Assembly: GCA_963801815.1 (NCBI GenBank) | Contig: CAWDGJ010000002.1 | Location: forward strand, 544,001-608,000 | Length of the DNA stretch: 64,000 nt | Direction: 5' to 3' | Origin: an uncultured Verrucomicrobiae bacterium | Lineage (GTDB): Bacteria; Verrucomicrobiota; Verrucomicrobiia; Chthoniobacterales; UBA10450 | In this document: piece by piece, positions 9,725 through 20,625 of the stretch | How the letters are laid out: the number at the start of each line of letters is the position of its first letter | Numbering within the stretch: the stretch's first letter is position 1 | The notes under the pieces: generated by a model | What the model saw: only the letters and a program-made list of their open reading frames with translations | What the model was told of the DNA's origin: nothing | Database searches by the model: none | Made by a program: the position numbers and the translations under genes

Positions 9725-10543
9725 CTAAAGCTTTCCGGCGAAGAACGGATTGTGCTGCTTCTCTTCTGCGACCGACGTCATTGGCCCGTGACCTGGACAA
9801 ATGATTGTTTCATCGGGAAGCGTGAGAATTTTTTCGAGATTATTTTGCACCGCCTCTTTGTAGGAAACGCTGCCGCCGCCCATTGAGCCGGCGAAAAGCG
9901 AATCACCGACGATCGCGACCGGCCGGGCGAGGCCGGTGCAAACAAACGTCATTCCACCGGGGGAATGTCCCCAAGTCAGCCGGGCTTCGATGTCCACCTT
10001 GCCAAGGCGAAAATGTTTTCCTTCTTCGATTTTTTCGGCGCCGGGAACCGGTTCGCCCGCTGGCGTAAAAACTTCGGCACCTGTCTCCTCGCGCAACCGC
10101 GGCAGATCCGCCACGTGATCGGAGTGCGTGTGCGTCAGCAAAATCATCTTGATGCTCAGATTTTCCTTCATCGCCAGTTTGAGCATGCCGTTGCAATCCG
10201 CGCCGGTATCGAAAGCGGCGGCGTGTTTCGAACCGGAATCCCAGACGAGGTAAGCATTCACCAGCATTCCGTTGTAACTCGTGCTGAATTGGGCGAGTCC
10301 GTCGACGTTCTCGATGTTTGCCGGCCTGTATCTGCCGCGCGCAAGATCGACAAGCGTATCAGCATCGAGATTCAAAGCCGGGGCGATTGCACGCAAGGTC
10401 GCTTCATCAACTTTTCCGTCGCGCACTTTGTGAATCGCCTCTGCACTCGCGCCTGATTTTCTTGCCAGCTCACTGTCGGAAATTTCCAAACCACGCTGCG
10501 CTTTGCCGACGATGTCGCCAAAATTGTCTTCGAGTTCGATCAT
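9725..10543 (-). CDS. MBL-fold metallo-hydrolase with N-terminal HTH-like segment
   Basis: THTHSDH, GHSPGG, GDSLF, PGHG; N-terminal SDSELARKSGAS. Confidence 0.85.
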   Translation of the reverse strand: MIELEDNFGDIVGKAQRGLEISDSELARKSGASAEAIHKVRDGKVDEATLRAIAPALNLDADTLVDLARGRYRPANIENVDGLAQFSTSYNGMLVNAYLVWDSGSKHAAAFDTGADCNGMLKLAMKENLSIKMILLTHTHSDHVADLPRLREETGAEVFTPAGEPVPGAEKIEEGKHFRLGKVDIEARLTWGHSPGGMTFVCTGLARPVAIVGDSLFAGSMGGGSVSYKEAVQNNLEKILTLPDETIICPGHGPMTSVAEEKQHNPFFAGKL

Positions 10544-10555
10544 AACCTTTGTTCG

Positions 10556-11224
10556 TCAGTGCGAGAGGGCGTGCGCTTCTCTCTGACCGCGCAATTCCCG
10601 AATTTTTTCGCCAACCAGTTTCTCATACGCTCGAGCAACATCGATAACGGAAAGCGATTTGCCGGTTTCCTTTTCCATTGAGGTCATCGTGATGTTGGAA
10701 ATTCCGCACGGGACGATGTGGGCGAACGGCGAGAGATCGCCGCAAACATTCAACGCGAAACCGTGCATCGTGATCCAATGCCGGACTCCGACGCCAATCG
10801 ACGCGATTTTCCGATTTGCGACCCAAACCCCGGTGAGACCTTCGCGTTGAGCTGCCGAAATTTTGTAGAGCGCGAGGAAATCAATCAACGTTTCTTCCAG
10901 CCAACGCAGATAGCGATGCAAATCCTGGCCGCAGCGGCGAAGATCAACAATCGGGTAGCACATAAGTTGTCCCGGGCCGTGGTAGGTTGCCTGGCCGCCG
11001 CGGTTGATCGGGAACAAAGGATGCGGCAACTGCGTCGCGTCTAGCAAACTCGATTTGTCGGGCGTTCGCCCGATCGTGTAAACGGGTCCGTGCTCGAGCA
11101 AAAGAATTTCGTCGGCGGCGCTGGATTCTTCGCGCTTTCGCGCAACGGTGTCTTCCTGAAGCGCGAGCGCATCAGCAAAATCGACGCGACCCAGCCACGA
11201 AACTCTAAGAAGGATCTCGCTCAT
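10556..11224 (-). CDS. lipB: Lipoyl(octanoyl) transferase
   Basis: LEHGPVYTIGR, RGGQATYHGPGQL, KIASIGV, HGFALN, IVPCGI. Confidence 0.95.
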   Translation of the reverse strand: MSEILLRVSWLGRVDFADALALQEDTVARKREESSAADEILLLEHGPVYTIGRTPDKSSLLDATQLPHPLFPINRGGQATYHGPGQLMCYPIVDLRRCGQDLHRYLRWLEETLIDFLALYKISAAQREGLTGVWVANRKIASIGVGVRHWITMHGFALNVCGDLSPFAHIVPCGISNITMTSMEKETGKSLSVIDVARAYEKLVGEKIRELRGQREAHALSH

Positions 11225-11724
11225 ATCTGTTTCGCTCCCGGAATTCCCATGCGAGCGGTTTCCTGCGCACGGACGTGCGTGAGACCGATTGCGAGCGCAT
11301 CGGCGGCGTCGGAATCGGGCGTTACCGTCAAGCCCAGGAGCGCCCGGACCATGAACGCGACCTGATTTTTTCCCGCGCCACCGCGGCCGACGGTGGCTTG
11401 TTTGATTCGCGTCGGTGGATATTCGAACACCGGCAGCCCGTGCTCGGCCGCGGCTAGAATCGCGGCACCGCGCGCCGCGCCAAGCAATATCGCGGTCTTA
11501 TAACTTTGCACGTAAATCACCGACTCCAGCGCGCAACAATCCGGTTGGTGCTCACGAATCAATTCCGCGAGCTGATCCCGAATCGCGACCAAACAGGATG
11601 ATGAGCGCAGCGATTGCGCGTTGTGAATCGTCCCGAAATAAAGGGCACGCGACTTGCCGTTGTTCGCATCGACGATCGCGACGCCGGTGTTGCGCAGCGA
11701 AGCGTCAATAGCGAGTACGCGCAT
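11221..11724 (-). CDS. ruvC: Holliday junction resolvase RuvC
   Basis: VLAID, ALES, ARGAA, IKQATVGRGGAGKNQV, DAADALAIG. Confidence 0.92.
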   Translation of the reverse strand: MRVLAIDASLRNTGVAIVDANNGKSRALYFGTIHNAQSLRSSSCLVAIRDQLAELIREHQPDCCALESVIYVQSYKTAILLGAARGAAILAAAEHGLPVFEYPPTRIKQATVGRGGAGKNQVAFMVRALLGLTVTPDSDAADALAIGLTHVRAQETARMGIPGAKQI

Positions 11725-11725
11725 C

Positions 11726-12250
11726 TTAACGAGCCAATCCGAGCGCGAAAAAAACGCAACCGGCAATTCCAAAAAGCAAACTCACTACCCAAAAGCGGCG
11801 GAGCTTGGTGAGGGCGGAGATCGCAGCAATAGCGATCGCGATCTGAAACATGGTGACGCCGCGGGCAAGAACTTCGTGTTGATGAAAATTTGATTTGGCT
11901 TCGTCTTGTTTCTCATTCGCTCCTTTCTCAATCTCCTTTTGCTCGTCCTGATATCGCTCTGCCTTTGATCGGTCTTCTTCGGTAGCGTTCCCGCCCAGCG
12001 ACATTTTGGCGTCGAGAACTGCGGCTTTGATCCCTTTAGCTTGGTAATAGGCCCATTGATCGGACGATTCGATCTGGCTCATCATCGCTTCGTTGGCGTG
12101 CATTCCGGAAAGCAATCCGGCGACGGCGGCGAGAACAGCGAGAATTGCGGTACTGAGCGCGACCCAGGCAATCCAGCGTTCTCCTCCATGCTCGGCGCGG
12201 TGATGAATTTCTTCGTGTAAATTTTCCAACGGCACTTCGGCTTCTTCCAT
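11726..12250 (-). CDS. DUF4337-family membrane protein
   Basis: ALSTAILAVLAA..SDQWAYYQAKGIK..FQIAIAIAAIS. Confidence 0.75.
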   Translation of the reverse strand: MEEAEVPLENLHEEIHHRAEHGGERWIAWVALSTAILAVLAAVAGLLSGMHANEAMMSQIESSDQWAYYQAKGIKAAVLDAKMSLGGNATEEDRSKAERYQDEQKEIEKGANEKQDEAKSNFHQHEVLARGVTMFQIAIAIAAISALTKLRRFWVVSLLFGIAGCVFFALGLAR

Positions 12251-12316
12251 GCGTTCTACCTTAAGATCGACATCAACGCCTTCAAGATCGGAAAATTTGC
12301 CGGCACGGTTTTCACG

Positions 12317-12649
12317 GTGGGCATCATCGGGGTCGGATTTCTGGCAATTTCCCACGCTAACGGGCTCGACCAACGCTTCCGGGGCGCGCGCCCGTTTTAT
12401 CTGGTGATTATTGTTTCGACCGTCAACGGCGTCGTCATGGACTTCCTCAAGATTAATCCTGTGCGAGCACTTTATTGGACGGCCGTGATTAACGGGATGC
12501 TCGCGCCATTCTTGATGGTGGCAATCTTACTGATCGCGCTCGATCGAACGGTGATGAAAGGCCAGCCGAGCGCCGCCTTGAGCGCAGTGGTAGTTTCGGT
12601 TGCAACCCTGTTAATGTTCGGCGCGGCGATCGGGATGTTTATCTTCTGA
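12317..12649 (+). pseudogene. 3' remnant of an Nramp/MntH-like divalent metal transporter
   Basis: Only the C-terminal helices (INPVRALYWTAVING..APFL) remain; no N-terminal part; overlaps the convergent ATPase end. Confidence 0.6.
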
Positions 12650-14860
12650 GCGGTAAGCGAGCAGTCGCAGCGCGTTCAACACTACGACAACCGTGCTGCC
12701 TTCATGGCCGAGCACACCAATCGTCAGATTGATCTTTTGCGCGAGCGCAGACACGACCAGCAAAACGATTACGCCGAGCGATATGATGATATTCTGACGA
12801 ATGATCGATCGCGCGCGCCGACTCAGCATGACAGCGTGCTCAACATTCTCGATCTTGTCATGCATTAAAATCACGTCGGCCTGCTCGAGCGCCGCATCCG
12901 ATCCGCGTGCGCCCATGCCGATGGCAACATCGGCGGCCGTTAGACTGGGCGCATCGTTAATTCCGTCGCCAACCATCGCCACCTTCTTCCCTTCCTGCCG
13001 CCAGCGGTGAATGCATTGCAGTTTCGCCGCGGGCGCGATCTCGGCATGCACCTCTTCAATTCCAACCAACCGCGCGACCGATTTTGCGGCAGAAGCCCGA
13101 TCGCCGGTCAAAAGCGCGACGGCGATTCCATTTTGTTTCAAGAATTCGACCACGTCCCACGACGCGGGGCGAACTTGATCGCGCAGAAAAATGATTGCTA
13201 TTGGTCGGTGCGTGGCAATCCAAACTTCGGCATCACTGCCGCTGGAGAGCGCGGGCAGCTGAATTCCCCGGTCAACGAGAAGCCGGCGATTGCCCACCAA
13301 AATTTGCTCGCCGTTGATCGAAGCTTCCATTCCAAAACCCGGAATGTTTTGGAAATCGGTTGCCTTCAGCGAAGCGAGGCTGCGCTTTTCCGCTTCGCGA
13401 ATGATCGCGCGTGCGAGGGGGTGAGTGGAAAATCTTGCGACGGAGGCAGCCATTGCGAGAACTTCCTCTTCGGTCTTAACGTCGAGGATGTCGATCCTAC
13501 GCACTGCTAGGGCGCCGGTCGTCAATGTTCCGGTCTTATCGAAGGCGAATTGATTAACGCCTGCCAAATTTTCAATTGCGACACCACCGCGAAACAAAAT
13601 GCCGTTGCGCGCACCGGCGGCAATCGCAACGAGGATTGCCGACGGAATTGAAAGCACCAATGCACAGGGCGATGCGACCACGAGCAAAGTCATCGTGCGG
13701 TAAAACGCTTCGGTGAAAGGCTTCTGCGCAAACAAAACCAAAAAAACCAGCGCACTTAAACCAAGGGCGAACCAGGTGTAGTAGCGACTAATTGCGTCGG
13801 TGAATCTTTGGGCCGGCGCTTTTTGCTGCTGAGCAGTCCGAATCAGATCAAGGATTCGATGGAGCGCGCTATCCTCAGCTGGGCGCGTCACGCGAACCAC
13901 CGCCTGGCCATCGAGGTTAAGCGTGCCACTGCTTACAGAATCGCCGCTTCGTTTTGGAACTGGCAAAGATTCGCCGGTCAGCGCCGATTCGTCTGCCGAA
14001 GTGGCGCCTTCGATGATGACGCCATCGACTGGGAACAAATCCCCGGCTTTGATCAAGAGCTCATCGTTGCGCTGCACTTCCTCAATTCGAACATCGACCC
14101 ACGATTTACCCTGGCGACGCAAGGCACGTTGGGGCGCAACTTTTAAGAGCGACTCAATCGTTTTGTTCGTGCGATGATTGGCGAATTGCTCGAGCGCATT
14201 GCTCAACGAGAACAAAAAGAGCAATGTCGCACCTTCAGTCCAGGCGCGGACCGCCGCTGCGCCCAACGCAACGAAGATCATCAAAAACTGAATGTCGATC
14301 TTGCGCTGTTTCAGACCGCGCCAAACATCGTGGGTCGCGAACCAACCACCGGAAAAATAGGCGAGCGCGAACAAGACGATGATTGATGCGGTCTGAAATG
14401 CGGCGCGTTGCAACAAAAAACCGGCCAGCGTGCTCACGCCGCAAATTGCGACCAGCACCAGCATGATTCGGTAATCATGCGGGACCGCGGGCGGAACCGG
14501 CCGGTTCCGCCACTGCGGCAGCTGAATGCGCTCCCAAATCAAGCGCCCTTCGTTCGGGGGATGCGCCCGATGAAATTCCAGGACATGATCGTTGATCTGG
14601 TGTTCGTGAAACAGCGAAGATTGGCCGTTGCGCGCCACGGAAATGCGCCATTGGCCGTCGAACTCACGATGCACTTCGGCCGCGACCCGATACAAAAGTC
14701 TCTTCGACGGCTTTCGGTAAAAACCAAGATCAATCTCGCGCCCGGCAGCGTCGATGCGCACTTGCTTTACCTGCGGATGCCGGGCAAGGATCCGTTCAAC
14801 CCTTTGTTCGACATCGAGCAAGGGGCTTGAGCGTTGGGTCGGCAATGCCAAAGCTTTCAT
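12611..14860 (-). CDS. Heavy-metal P-type ATPase, P1B-4 type (Co/Zn/Fe(II) efflux)
   Basis: TGES, SPC metal motif, DKTGT, GDGIND, HEGST; no CxxC HMA domain. Confidence 0.88.
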   Translation of the reverse strand: MKALALPTQRSSPLLDVEQRVERILARHPQVKQVRIDAAGREIDLGFYRKPSKRLLYRVAAEVHREFDGQWRISVARNGQSSLFHEHQINDHVLEFHRAHPPNEGRLIWERIQLPQWRNRPVPPAVPHDYRIMLVLVAICGVSTLAGFLLQRAAFQTASIIVLFALAYFSGGWFATHDVWRGLKQRKIDIQFLMIFVALGAAAVRAWTEGATLLFLFSLSNALEQFANHRTNKTIESLLKVAPQRALRRQGKSWVDVRIEEVQRNDELLIKAGDLFPVDGVIIEGATSADESALTGESLPVPKRSGDSVSSGTLNLDGQAVVRVTRPAEDSALHRILDLIRTAQQQKAPAQRFTDAISRYYTWFALGLSALVFLVLFAQKPFTEAFYRTMTLLVVASPCALVLSIPSAILVAIAAGARNGILFRGGVAIENLAGVNQFAFDKTGTLTTGALAVRRIDILDVKTEEEVLAMAASVARFSTHPLARAIIREAEKRSLASLKATDFQNIPGFGMEASINGEQILVGNRRLLVDRGIQLPALSSGSDAEVWIATHRPIAIIFLRDQVRPASWDVVEFLKQNGIAVALLTGDRASAAKSVARLVGIEEVHAEIAPAAKLQCIHRWRQEGKKVAMVGDGINDAPSLTAADVAIGMGARGSDAALEQADVILMHDKIENVEHAVMLSRRARSIIRQNIIISLGVIVLLVVSALAQKINLTIGVLGHEGSTVVVVLNALRLLAYRSEDKHPDRRAEH

Positions 14861-14870
14861 TTCGCCAGCT

Positions 14871-14954
14871 TCAGCCGTGGCGCAGCCACCAGCCCATCAA
14901 CACTGCAAACGACACAATGACCGCGGTGATATATATCGCGATGATCTGTTCCAT
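14871..14954 (-). CDS. 27-aa single-pass membrane peptide
   Basis: AGAAAGGA RBS; MEQIIAIYITAVIVSFAVLMGWWLRHG. Confidence 0.6.
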   Translation of the reverse strand: MEQIIAIYITAVIVSFAVLMGWWLRHG

Positions 14955-15005
14955 AAATCGGTCCTTTCTATCAATTTCTGCTCGCGCCCGGTCGCGACGT
15001 TGCCG

Positions 15006-15089
15006 CTAGGTCTTTGGCAAAAGCCAATGAACAAGCAGCGCGTAAAGTCCGACCGTCATCAGCGCGAGCATTACAACTACGTAGTCCAC
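15006..15089 (-). CDS. 27-aa single-pass membrane peptide (KdpF-like)
   Basis: AGAAAGGA RBS, GTG start; MDYVVVMLALMTVGLYALLVHWLLPKT. Confidence 0.6.
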   Translation of the reverse strand: MDYVVVMLALMTVGLYALLVHWLLPKT

Positions 15090-15151
15090 AATTTGGTTTT
15101 CCTTTCTGCTGAATAACTTGGCGTCACTTCAGGTGTGTCGCTCGTCACGGC

Positions 15152-15176
15152 TTGCGTTTAGCTGAGCAAATATTGC
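15152..15176 (-). promoter_or_regulatory. 21-bp direct-repeat box (peptides/P1B ATPase unit)
   Basis: GCAA tatttgctcagctaaac GCAA-N9-AG, then CAAGTT. Confidence 0.75.
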
Positions 15177-15205
15177 TAGGGGCCGCCGTCGGCGGCGCGC
15201 GCTGC

Positions 15206-15230
15206 GCAAAAAACGCACATGATTTAACAA
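15206..15230 (+). promoter_or_regulatory. 21-bp direct-repeat box (USP/cNMP unit)
   Basis: GCAA aaaacgcacatgattta ACAA-N9-AG, then CAAAGT 6 nt before ATG. Confidence 0.75.
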
Positions 15231-15273
15231 GCGCGGCGCAGCGAATCGACGGTTTGCAAGCCAAAGTGCCGGC

Positions 15274-15771
15274 ATGAAAACGCAAACCTTGTCAAAGCGC
15301 AGAACTTCGAATGCCATAAACTTGCAACGAATCCTGGTGCCCGTTGATTTCTCGCCGTTATCGAAGAAAGCGTTGCTGTATGCGACACGGTTGGCCCAGC
15401 AGTTCGGCGCCGAGATTAATATTTTTCACGTCGTCGAGCCGGAAATCCCGCCCGCCTTCGACGGATTCATGATGGCGCCACCGGCGGTTTCGAATGGGGC
15501 GGCCGCGAGCAGTGCCGGACAACTTAAGAGTCTGGTGAACCTGGTGCGCAAAACCGGAGTCACGCGTGTTAACTCGAGCGCTCGCTGCGGGCTGGCTGCC
15601 TTTGAAATCGTTGAAGCGGCCAAAGAGCTCAACGTCGACCTGATCGTGATAGCAACACACGGCTACACGGGTTGGAAACATTTTGCGATCGGCAGCACTG
15701 CCGAACGTGTCGTCCGCGCGGCACTGTGCCCGGTGCTGGTCGTTCGCGACAAAGAACACGAATTCGTTTGA
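15274..15771 (+). CDS. Universal stress protein (single domain)
   Basis: ILVPVDFS, DLIVIATHG..GSTAERVVR..CPVLVV. Confidence 0.92.
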   Translation: MKTQTLSKRRTSNAINLQRILVPVDFSPLSKKALLYATRLAQQFGAEINIFHVVEPEIPPAFDGFMMAPPAVSNGAAASSAGQLKSLVNLVRKTGVTRVNSSARCGLAAFEIVEAAKELNVDLIVIATHGYTGWKHFAIGSTAERVVRAALCPVLVVRDKEHEFV

Positions 15772-15795
15772 AATCAAAAACCAAAAGGAAATCCG

Positions 15796-16374
15796 ATGAA
15801 TGCACTGCTTGAACCACCCCCAAAGAAAACGAAGAAGATTGAACCGGAATCGATGGCCACTCGAGTAGCGTTCCATCCATTTCTGGCTGGAATGAATCCG
15901 ACGCAGCTTGCGTTGCTTACCGATTGCGCGATCCCGGTAAACTTCAAGAAAGGCCAAACCATTTTGCGCGAAGGCGAAATGGCAAACCGCTTTTATTTGA
16001 TCGAGAGCGGAAAAGTCGTTCTCGAATCCGGCGAAGGATTCGGCGAGCCGGTGGTCATCGAAACAATCGGCGCGGGAGACTTGCTCGGCTGGTCGTGGAT
16101 GTTTCCGCCTTATGTCTGGCATTTCACCGCGCGCGCGGCCGAGCCAACGAAGGCGATTTTCTTCTACGGAACAATCCTGCGCGAGTACTGCGAGCGCGAC
16201 CATTCGTTAGGCTACGAGCTATTCAAGCGGATGACGCCGGTGATGATGAAACGACTGCAATCGGCGCGTCGCAAGATGCTTTCTGTCCATGCGCATCGGG
16301 CGTCACTTGAACCGGTTGTGCTGGAGTCGCCCTTCCTCGACCAGGAACTCGACATTGCGGAAGAGCGAAAGTAA
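15796..16374 (+). CDS. Cyclic-nucleotide-binding domain protein (no HTH)
   Basis: ILREGEMANRFYLIESGKV..GAGDLLGWSW..WHFTARA. Confidence 0.85.
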   Translation: MNALLEPPPKKTKKIEPESMATRVAFHPFLAGMNPTQLALLTDCAIPVNFKKGQTILREGEMANRFYLIESGKVVLESGEGFGEPVVIETIGAGDLLGWSWMFPPYVWHFTARAAEPTKAIFFYGTILREYCERDHSLGYELFKRMTPVMMKRLQSARRKMLSVHAHRASLEPVVLESPFLDQELDIAEERK

Positions 16375-16483
16375 ATCGTCTCGAAACGCGCTCCAGCGTG
16401 GCCGAATCGGCCATGACGCTTAGGCTGGGTTGGACATTGACGCTAATTCGTCTCGCGCGGATGTTATCCTGTTTCCCTGTCCA

Positions 16484-17425
16484 ATGGTTGACTTACAGGC
16501 TGAGCGCGAAGATTCGAACAAGCAACTGATCGACATGTTGCGGCGATCCCGGCTGTTCCGTGATTACGAGAATGTTTTCACTAAAGCGACCGGTCTGGCT
16601 TTAACCTTGCGGCCGCTTGAATTCTGGCAACTCGCCCATCGCGGCAAAAAGCATGAGAACCCGTTTTGCGCCATGCTCGCGGAACATCCGAAATCGCTGG
16701 CCGTTTGTTTGCAGGCGCACCAGGACATGATCGATCATACCGGTTTGCTTCCGCATACGGTGACTTGCCCGTTTGGACTCACGGAGACGGCGATTCCTGT
16801 GAAACTCGGGGCCGATGTTATCGGTTACCTGCGGATTGGACAGGTTTTGCGCCACACCCCGGCCAAAGCGGATACCAACAAGGTAACCCGCGAGCTCGAG
16901 CAGGCCGGCCTCAAATTTAGCGGTGAATTGCGTAAAGCGTGGGAAAGAAACCCGCTGATTCCGCCCGACAAATACAATGCGATCGTTCGATTGCTCTCAT
17001 TCTTTGGCGAACAACTCTCCGCTTTGACGAACCAGCTCGTGGTCGAGCGCCAAAACGCCGAGCCGCCGCTGGTGCAAAAAGCGCGCGACTACATCGACAA
17101 GCACAAGACGGACGCGTTGTCGCTTTCCGCCGTCGCGCAAGCTGCCGGCGCGAGCGTGTTTCACTTTTGCAAAGTGTTTCGGAAATCGACCGGTTTGAAG
17201 TTCACCGATTATGTCGCACGCGTGCGGCTGGAGGACGCGCGAACGCAATTGCTCAATCCGAATCGCCGCATCAGCGAAGTCGCGTACGACGTCGGTTTCC
17301 AATCGCTGACCCAGTTTAACCGCATGTTCAAACGGGTATTCGGCCAATCGCCTACCGAATTTCGCGAACATCTGAATGGCAGAGGCGCTGAAAAAGCTTC
17401 AAAGACTTCGGGTCGCAATCGCTGA
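16484..17425 (+). CDS. AraC-family regulator with N-terminal PocR sensor domain (paralog 1)
   Basis: NPFC..C..TCPFGLTETAIPV..GYLRIGQ; C-terminal ISEVAYDVGFQSLTQFNRMFKR. Confidence 0.88.
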   Translation: MVDLQAEREDSNKQLIDMLRRSRLFRDYENVFTKATGLALTLRPLEFWQLAHRGKKHENPFCAMLAEHPKSLAVCLQAHQDMIDHTGLLPHTVTCPFGLTETAIPVKLGADVIGYLRIGQVLRHTPAKADTNKVTRELEQAGLKFSGELRKAWERNPLIPPDKYNAIVRLLSFFGEQLSALTNQLVVERQNAEPPLVQKARDYIDKHKTDALSLSAVAQAAGASVFHFCKVFRKSTGLKFTDYVARVRLEDARTQLLNPNRRISEVAYDVGFQSLTQFNRMFKRVFGQSPTEFREHLNGRGAEKASKTSGRNR

Positions 17426-17488
17426 CTGTAGTCGGCTTTGCCGGCGCATCGATTTGGAATCGACTGCAGCGACAGTAAACCGGCTGGC

Positions 17489-17513
17489 GCAAGAAACGGC
17501 TGATTTTTAGCAA
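17489..17513 (+). promoter_or_regulatory. 21-bp direct-repeat box (tandem USP)
   Basis: GCAA gaaacggctgattttta GCAA-N9-AG, then GATGAT 6 nt before ATG. Confidence 0.8.
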
Positions 17514-17556
17514 ACAACGGCGAGCCAGGTTATACCTCCATATCGATGATGTTTGT

Positions 17557-18666
17557 ATGAAAACACCGACTATCCGAAAGATCCTGGTTCCGGTTGATTT
17601 TTCACCGATGTCACTCCAGGCAATCGACACGGCGAAGGGTTTTGCCCAGCGATTCGGGGCGACCGTTCATCTCGCTCATGTCCACCAGTTTTATTGTCCA
17701 GCGGAATTTTGCCCACCGATGCCACCGATCGTTCCATATTCCACTTATAGCTACGACGCGGCGGCTGAGAAACGGGCCGTTCGCGACCTGTCCCTTCTTG
17801 CCACCAAACACGATTTATCGGCCAAAAGCGCACATCTTCTAGCCGGCGCACCGGCTTTCGACGAGATTTGCCGATTGGCCAATACCCTTCACGCCGACCT
17901 GATTGTGACGTCAACTCATGGCTGGACCGGCTTGAAGCATGTTTTTCTTGGAAGCACTGCCGAGCGCATCATTCAACATTCGCCTTGCCCCGTTCTAGTG
18001 TCGCGAGAAATGAGCCGGCGATCGAAGAGTGGCGCCCGCGCTTCGATCGACACCATCCTCGTCCCCGTTGACTTTTCGGACTGTTCGCTGGAAGGGCTGA
18101 ACTACGCGATCGCGTTCGCCGAAAAGTTTGCGGCCAAGATCATTTTGCTGCACGCAATTGAAATCGGCTCTCCCTACACCGCCGACGGCTACGCGATGTA
18201 TGATCTGACCGCGCTGATAAAAGCCGCCCAGGAAGACGGTGAACGGCAAATGCGCCAATTCGTTCAACGCGCGAAGTTCGGTCGCGTCCCGTTTGAAACC
18301 GTGACGAAGACGGAATCAACGATCGATGCAGTTTCCGAGGTCGTGAAAGATCGGAATGTCGACCTAATCATTACTCCGACGCACGGTCGAACTGGAATCA
18401 AGCATGTCTTGGTCGGCAGCGTTGCCGAAAAGATTGTGCGGCATGCACTTTGTCCTGTTCTGGTCGTTCCTTCGCACCCCGACGTGCGAAAGGCACACTT
18501 GTCGCGCCAGGCTCGACCGGTCCAAATCACGAAACGCGCGACAAGGCGTCGAACTCTTCAGCCCATCGAGGCGTTCACGCGGAAATACCGAAAGCTCGGA
18601 GTGAATCCGTTTCCCGAGCGACGTAAGACAAATAAATTCCGCGAGTCGCACTTGCTAAATAAATGA
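17557..18666 (+). CDS. Universal stress protein (two domains, basic tail)
   Basis: Two ILVPVDFS...THG..GS(T/V)AE..PVLV units. Confidence 0.92.
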   Translation: MKTPTIRKILVPVDFSPMSLQAIDTAKGFAQRFGATVHLAHVHQFYCPAEFCPPMPPIVPYSTYSYDAAAEKRAVRDLSLLATKHDLSAKSAHLLAGAPAFDEICRLANTLHADLIVTSTHGWTGLKHVFLGSTAERIIQHSPCPVLVSREMSRRSKSGARASIDTILVPVDFSDCSLEGLNYAIAFAEKFAAKIILLHAIEIGSPYTADGYAMYDLTALIKAAQEDGERQMRQFVQRAKFGRVPFETVTKTESTIDAVSEVVKDRNVDLIITPTHGRTGIKHVLVGSVAEKIVRHALCPVLVVPSHPDVRKAHLSRQARPVQITKRATRRRTLQPIEAFTRKYRKLGVNPFPERRKTNKFRESHLLNK

Positions 18667-18685
18667 CATCAAAGGTGAAAAGAGT

Positions 18686-19180
18686 ATGAAACGATTCTTA
18701 TTAACCGGTGCGCTCAGCCTAATTTTAAGTGCAACCCTTCTTGCTGCGGCGCCCTCCAAATCAATGCCGCAAACCTCTGCCCAACAGCCACTCACCTACG
18801 CGAACATTGTTTCCTACTTCAAATCAACACACCTGCGTGCAACCGAAGTTCAAAAACGTTGCACCGTATTCTTTGAAGGCGAATGGACGAGTTCGAATGT
18901 TTACAACTACTGTCTTATCATCGTTGAAAATTCGGATGAGGACGTGCAGGTGACATTTTATCTCACCGATGCTCACGAGATGAATTGGGTCACGGAGTTC
19001 CTGGACTCGCCGCTGTTCGCGCAATCGGAAACTCAAGCTGTCTTCGGGCTAATGAATTCCGGCGATAACATCAAAGATCAACGGATTGGCCGGTTCCGCC
19101 GCGTCGACTACCATCGCTGGAAACCGCGACACGCCGAAATCCTCGTATTTAGTTTCACGCCAGCGCGATCCGGGCGATAA
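18686..19180 (+). CDS. Hypothetical exported protein
   Basis: Signal peptide, tight operon spacing. Confidence 0.6.
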   Translation: MKRFLLTGALSLILSATLLAAAPSKSMPQTSAQQPLTYANIVSYFKSTHLRATEVQKRCTVFFEGEWTSSNVYNYCLIIVENSDEDVQVTFYLTDAHEMNWVTEFLDSPLFAQSETQAVFGLMNSGDNIKDQRIGRFRRVDYHRWKPRHAEILVFSFTPARSGR

Positions 19181-19189
19181 AATCGTCTC

Positions 19190-20016
<827 letters not shown>

Positions 20017-20020
<4 letters not shown>

Positions 20021-20625
20021 TGAACCGCACGTCTCGGGTTACGAATCGTCAGCCATATCGCTACCAATAAGGCGCCTACGAATGCGCACGACATGTCCTT
20101 CTGTGCGTCCCAAATGTCGCCCTGCATGCCGAGATAAGCTGAGCCCAGATCAGGCCGCACAATCTGGGCGACTCTGGCCTCGAGAATTTCGAAGAAACTA
20201 CTTAACGCCCAAAGCGCAGCCGTAGCGAGCCACGGCGCCCAGTTCATTTTCACATGGGCGGAACGAACGAGAAGTTCGGACATCGGATAGAGAATCAGGA
20301 AACCGAAAGTAAAATGAATCACCCGATCGTAATGGTTGCGCGACAAGTGCAGCCAATCCTGTAGCCAGAAACCGATTGGAACTTCCGCGTAGGTGTAATG
20401 CGCGCCGATTGTATGAAACGCGAGAAAAATGAGGATGAGCGCGTAAGACACATTTGAGAACTGAAACTTCGGATACGTGGTGCCGAGGACGATGACGGTC
20501 GTGAAAACCAGTAAATTTTCCAGGAACCAATCGCTGCGACTGACCGGCCGGATGGCCAGCCCGATCCAAAACATTAGGTAAATCGCCAGGGCGATTAGGA
20601 GAAACCGGTTGTGCGCAATTTTCAC
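20017..20625 (-). CDS. DUF2238 (YjdF-like) membrane protein
   Basis: WFLEN, IGAHYTYAEVP, RNHYDRVIHF, QGDIWDAQKDM; GTG start overlaps the upstream paralog stop. Confidence 0.85.

Noticed and set aside
15796..16374. cNMP-binding protein as the Crp/FNR master regulator
   Set aside because: No C-terminal HTH or FNR Cys cluster, and the shared motif is a direct repeat rather than a palindrome
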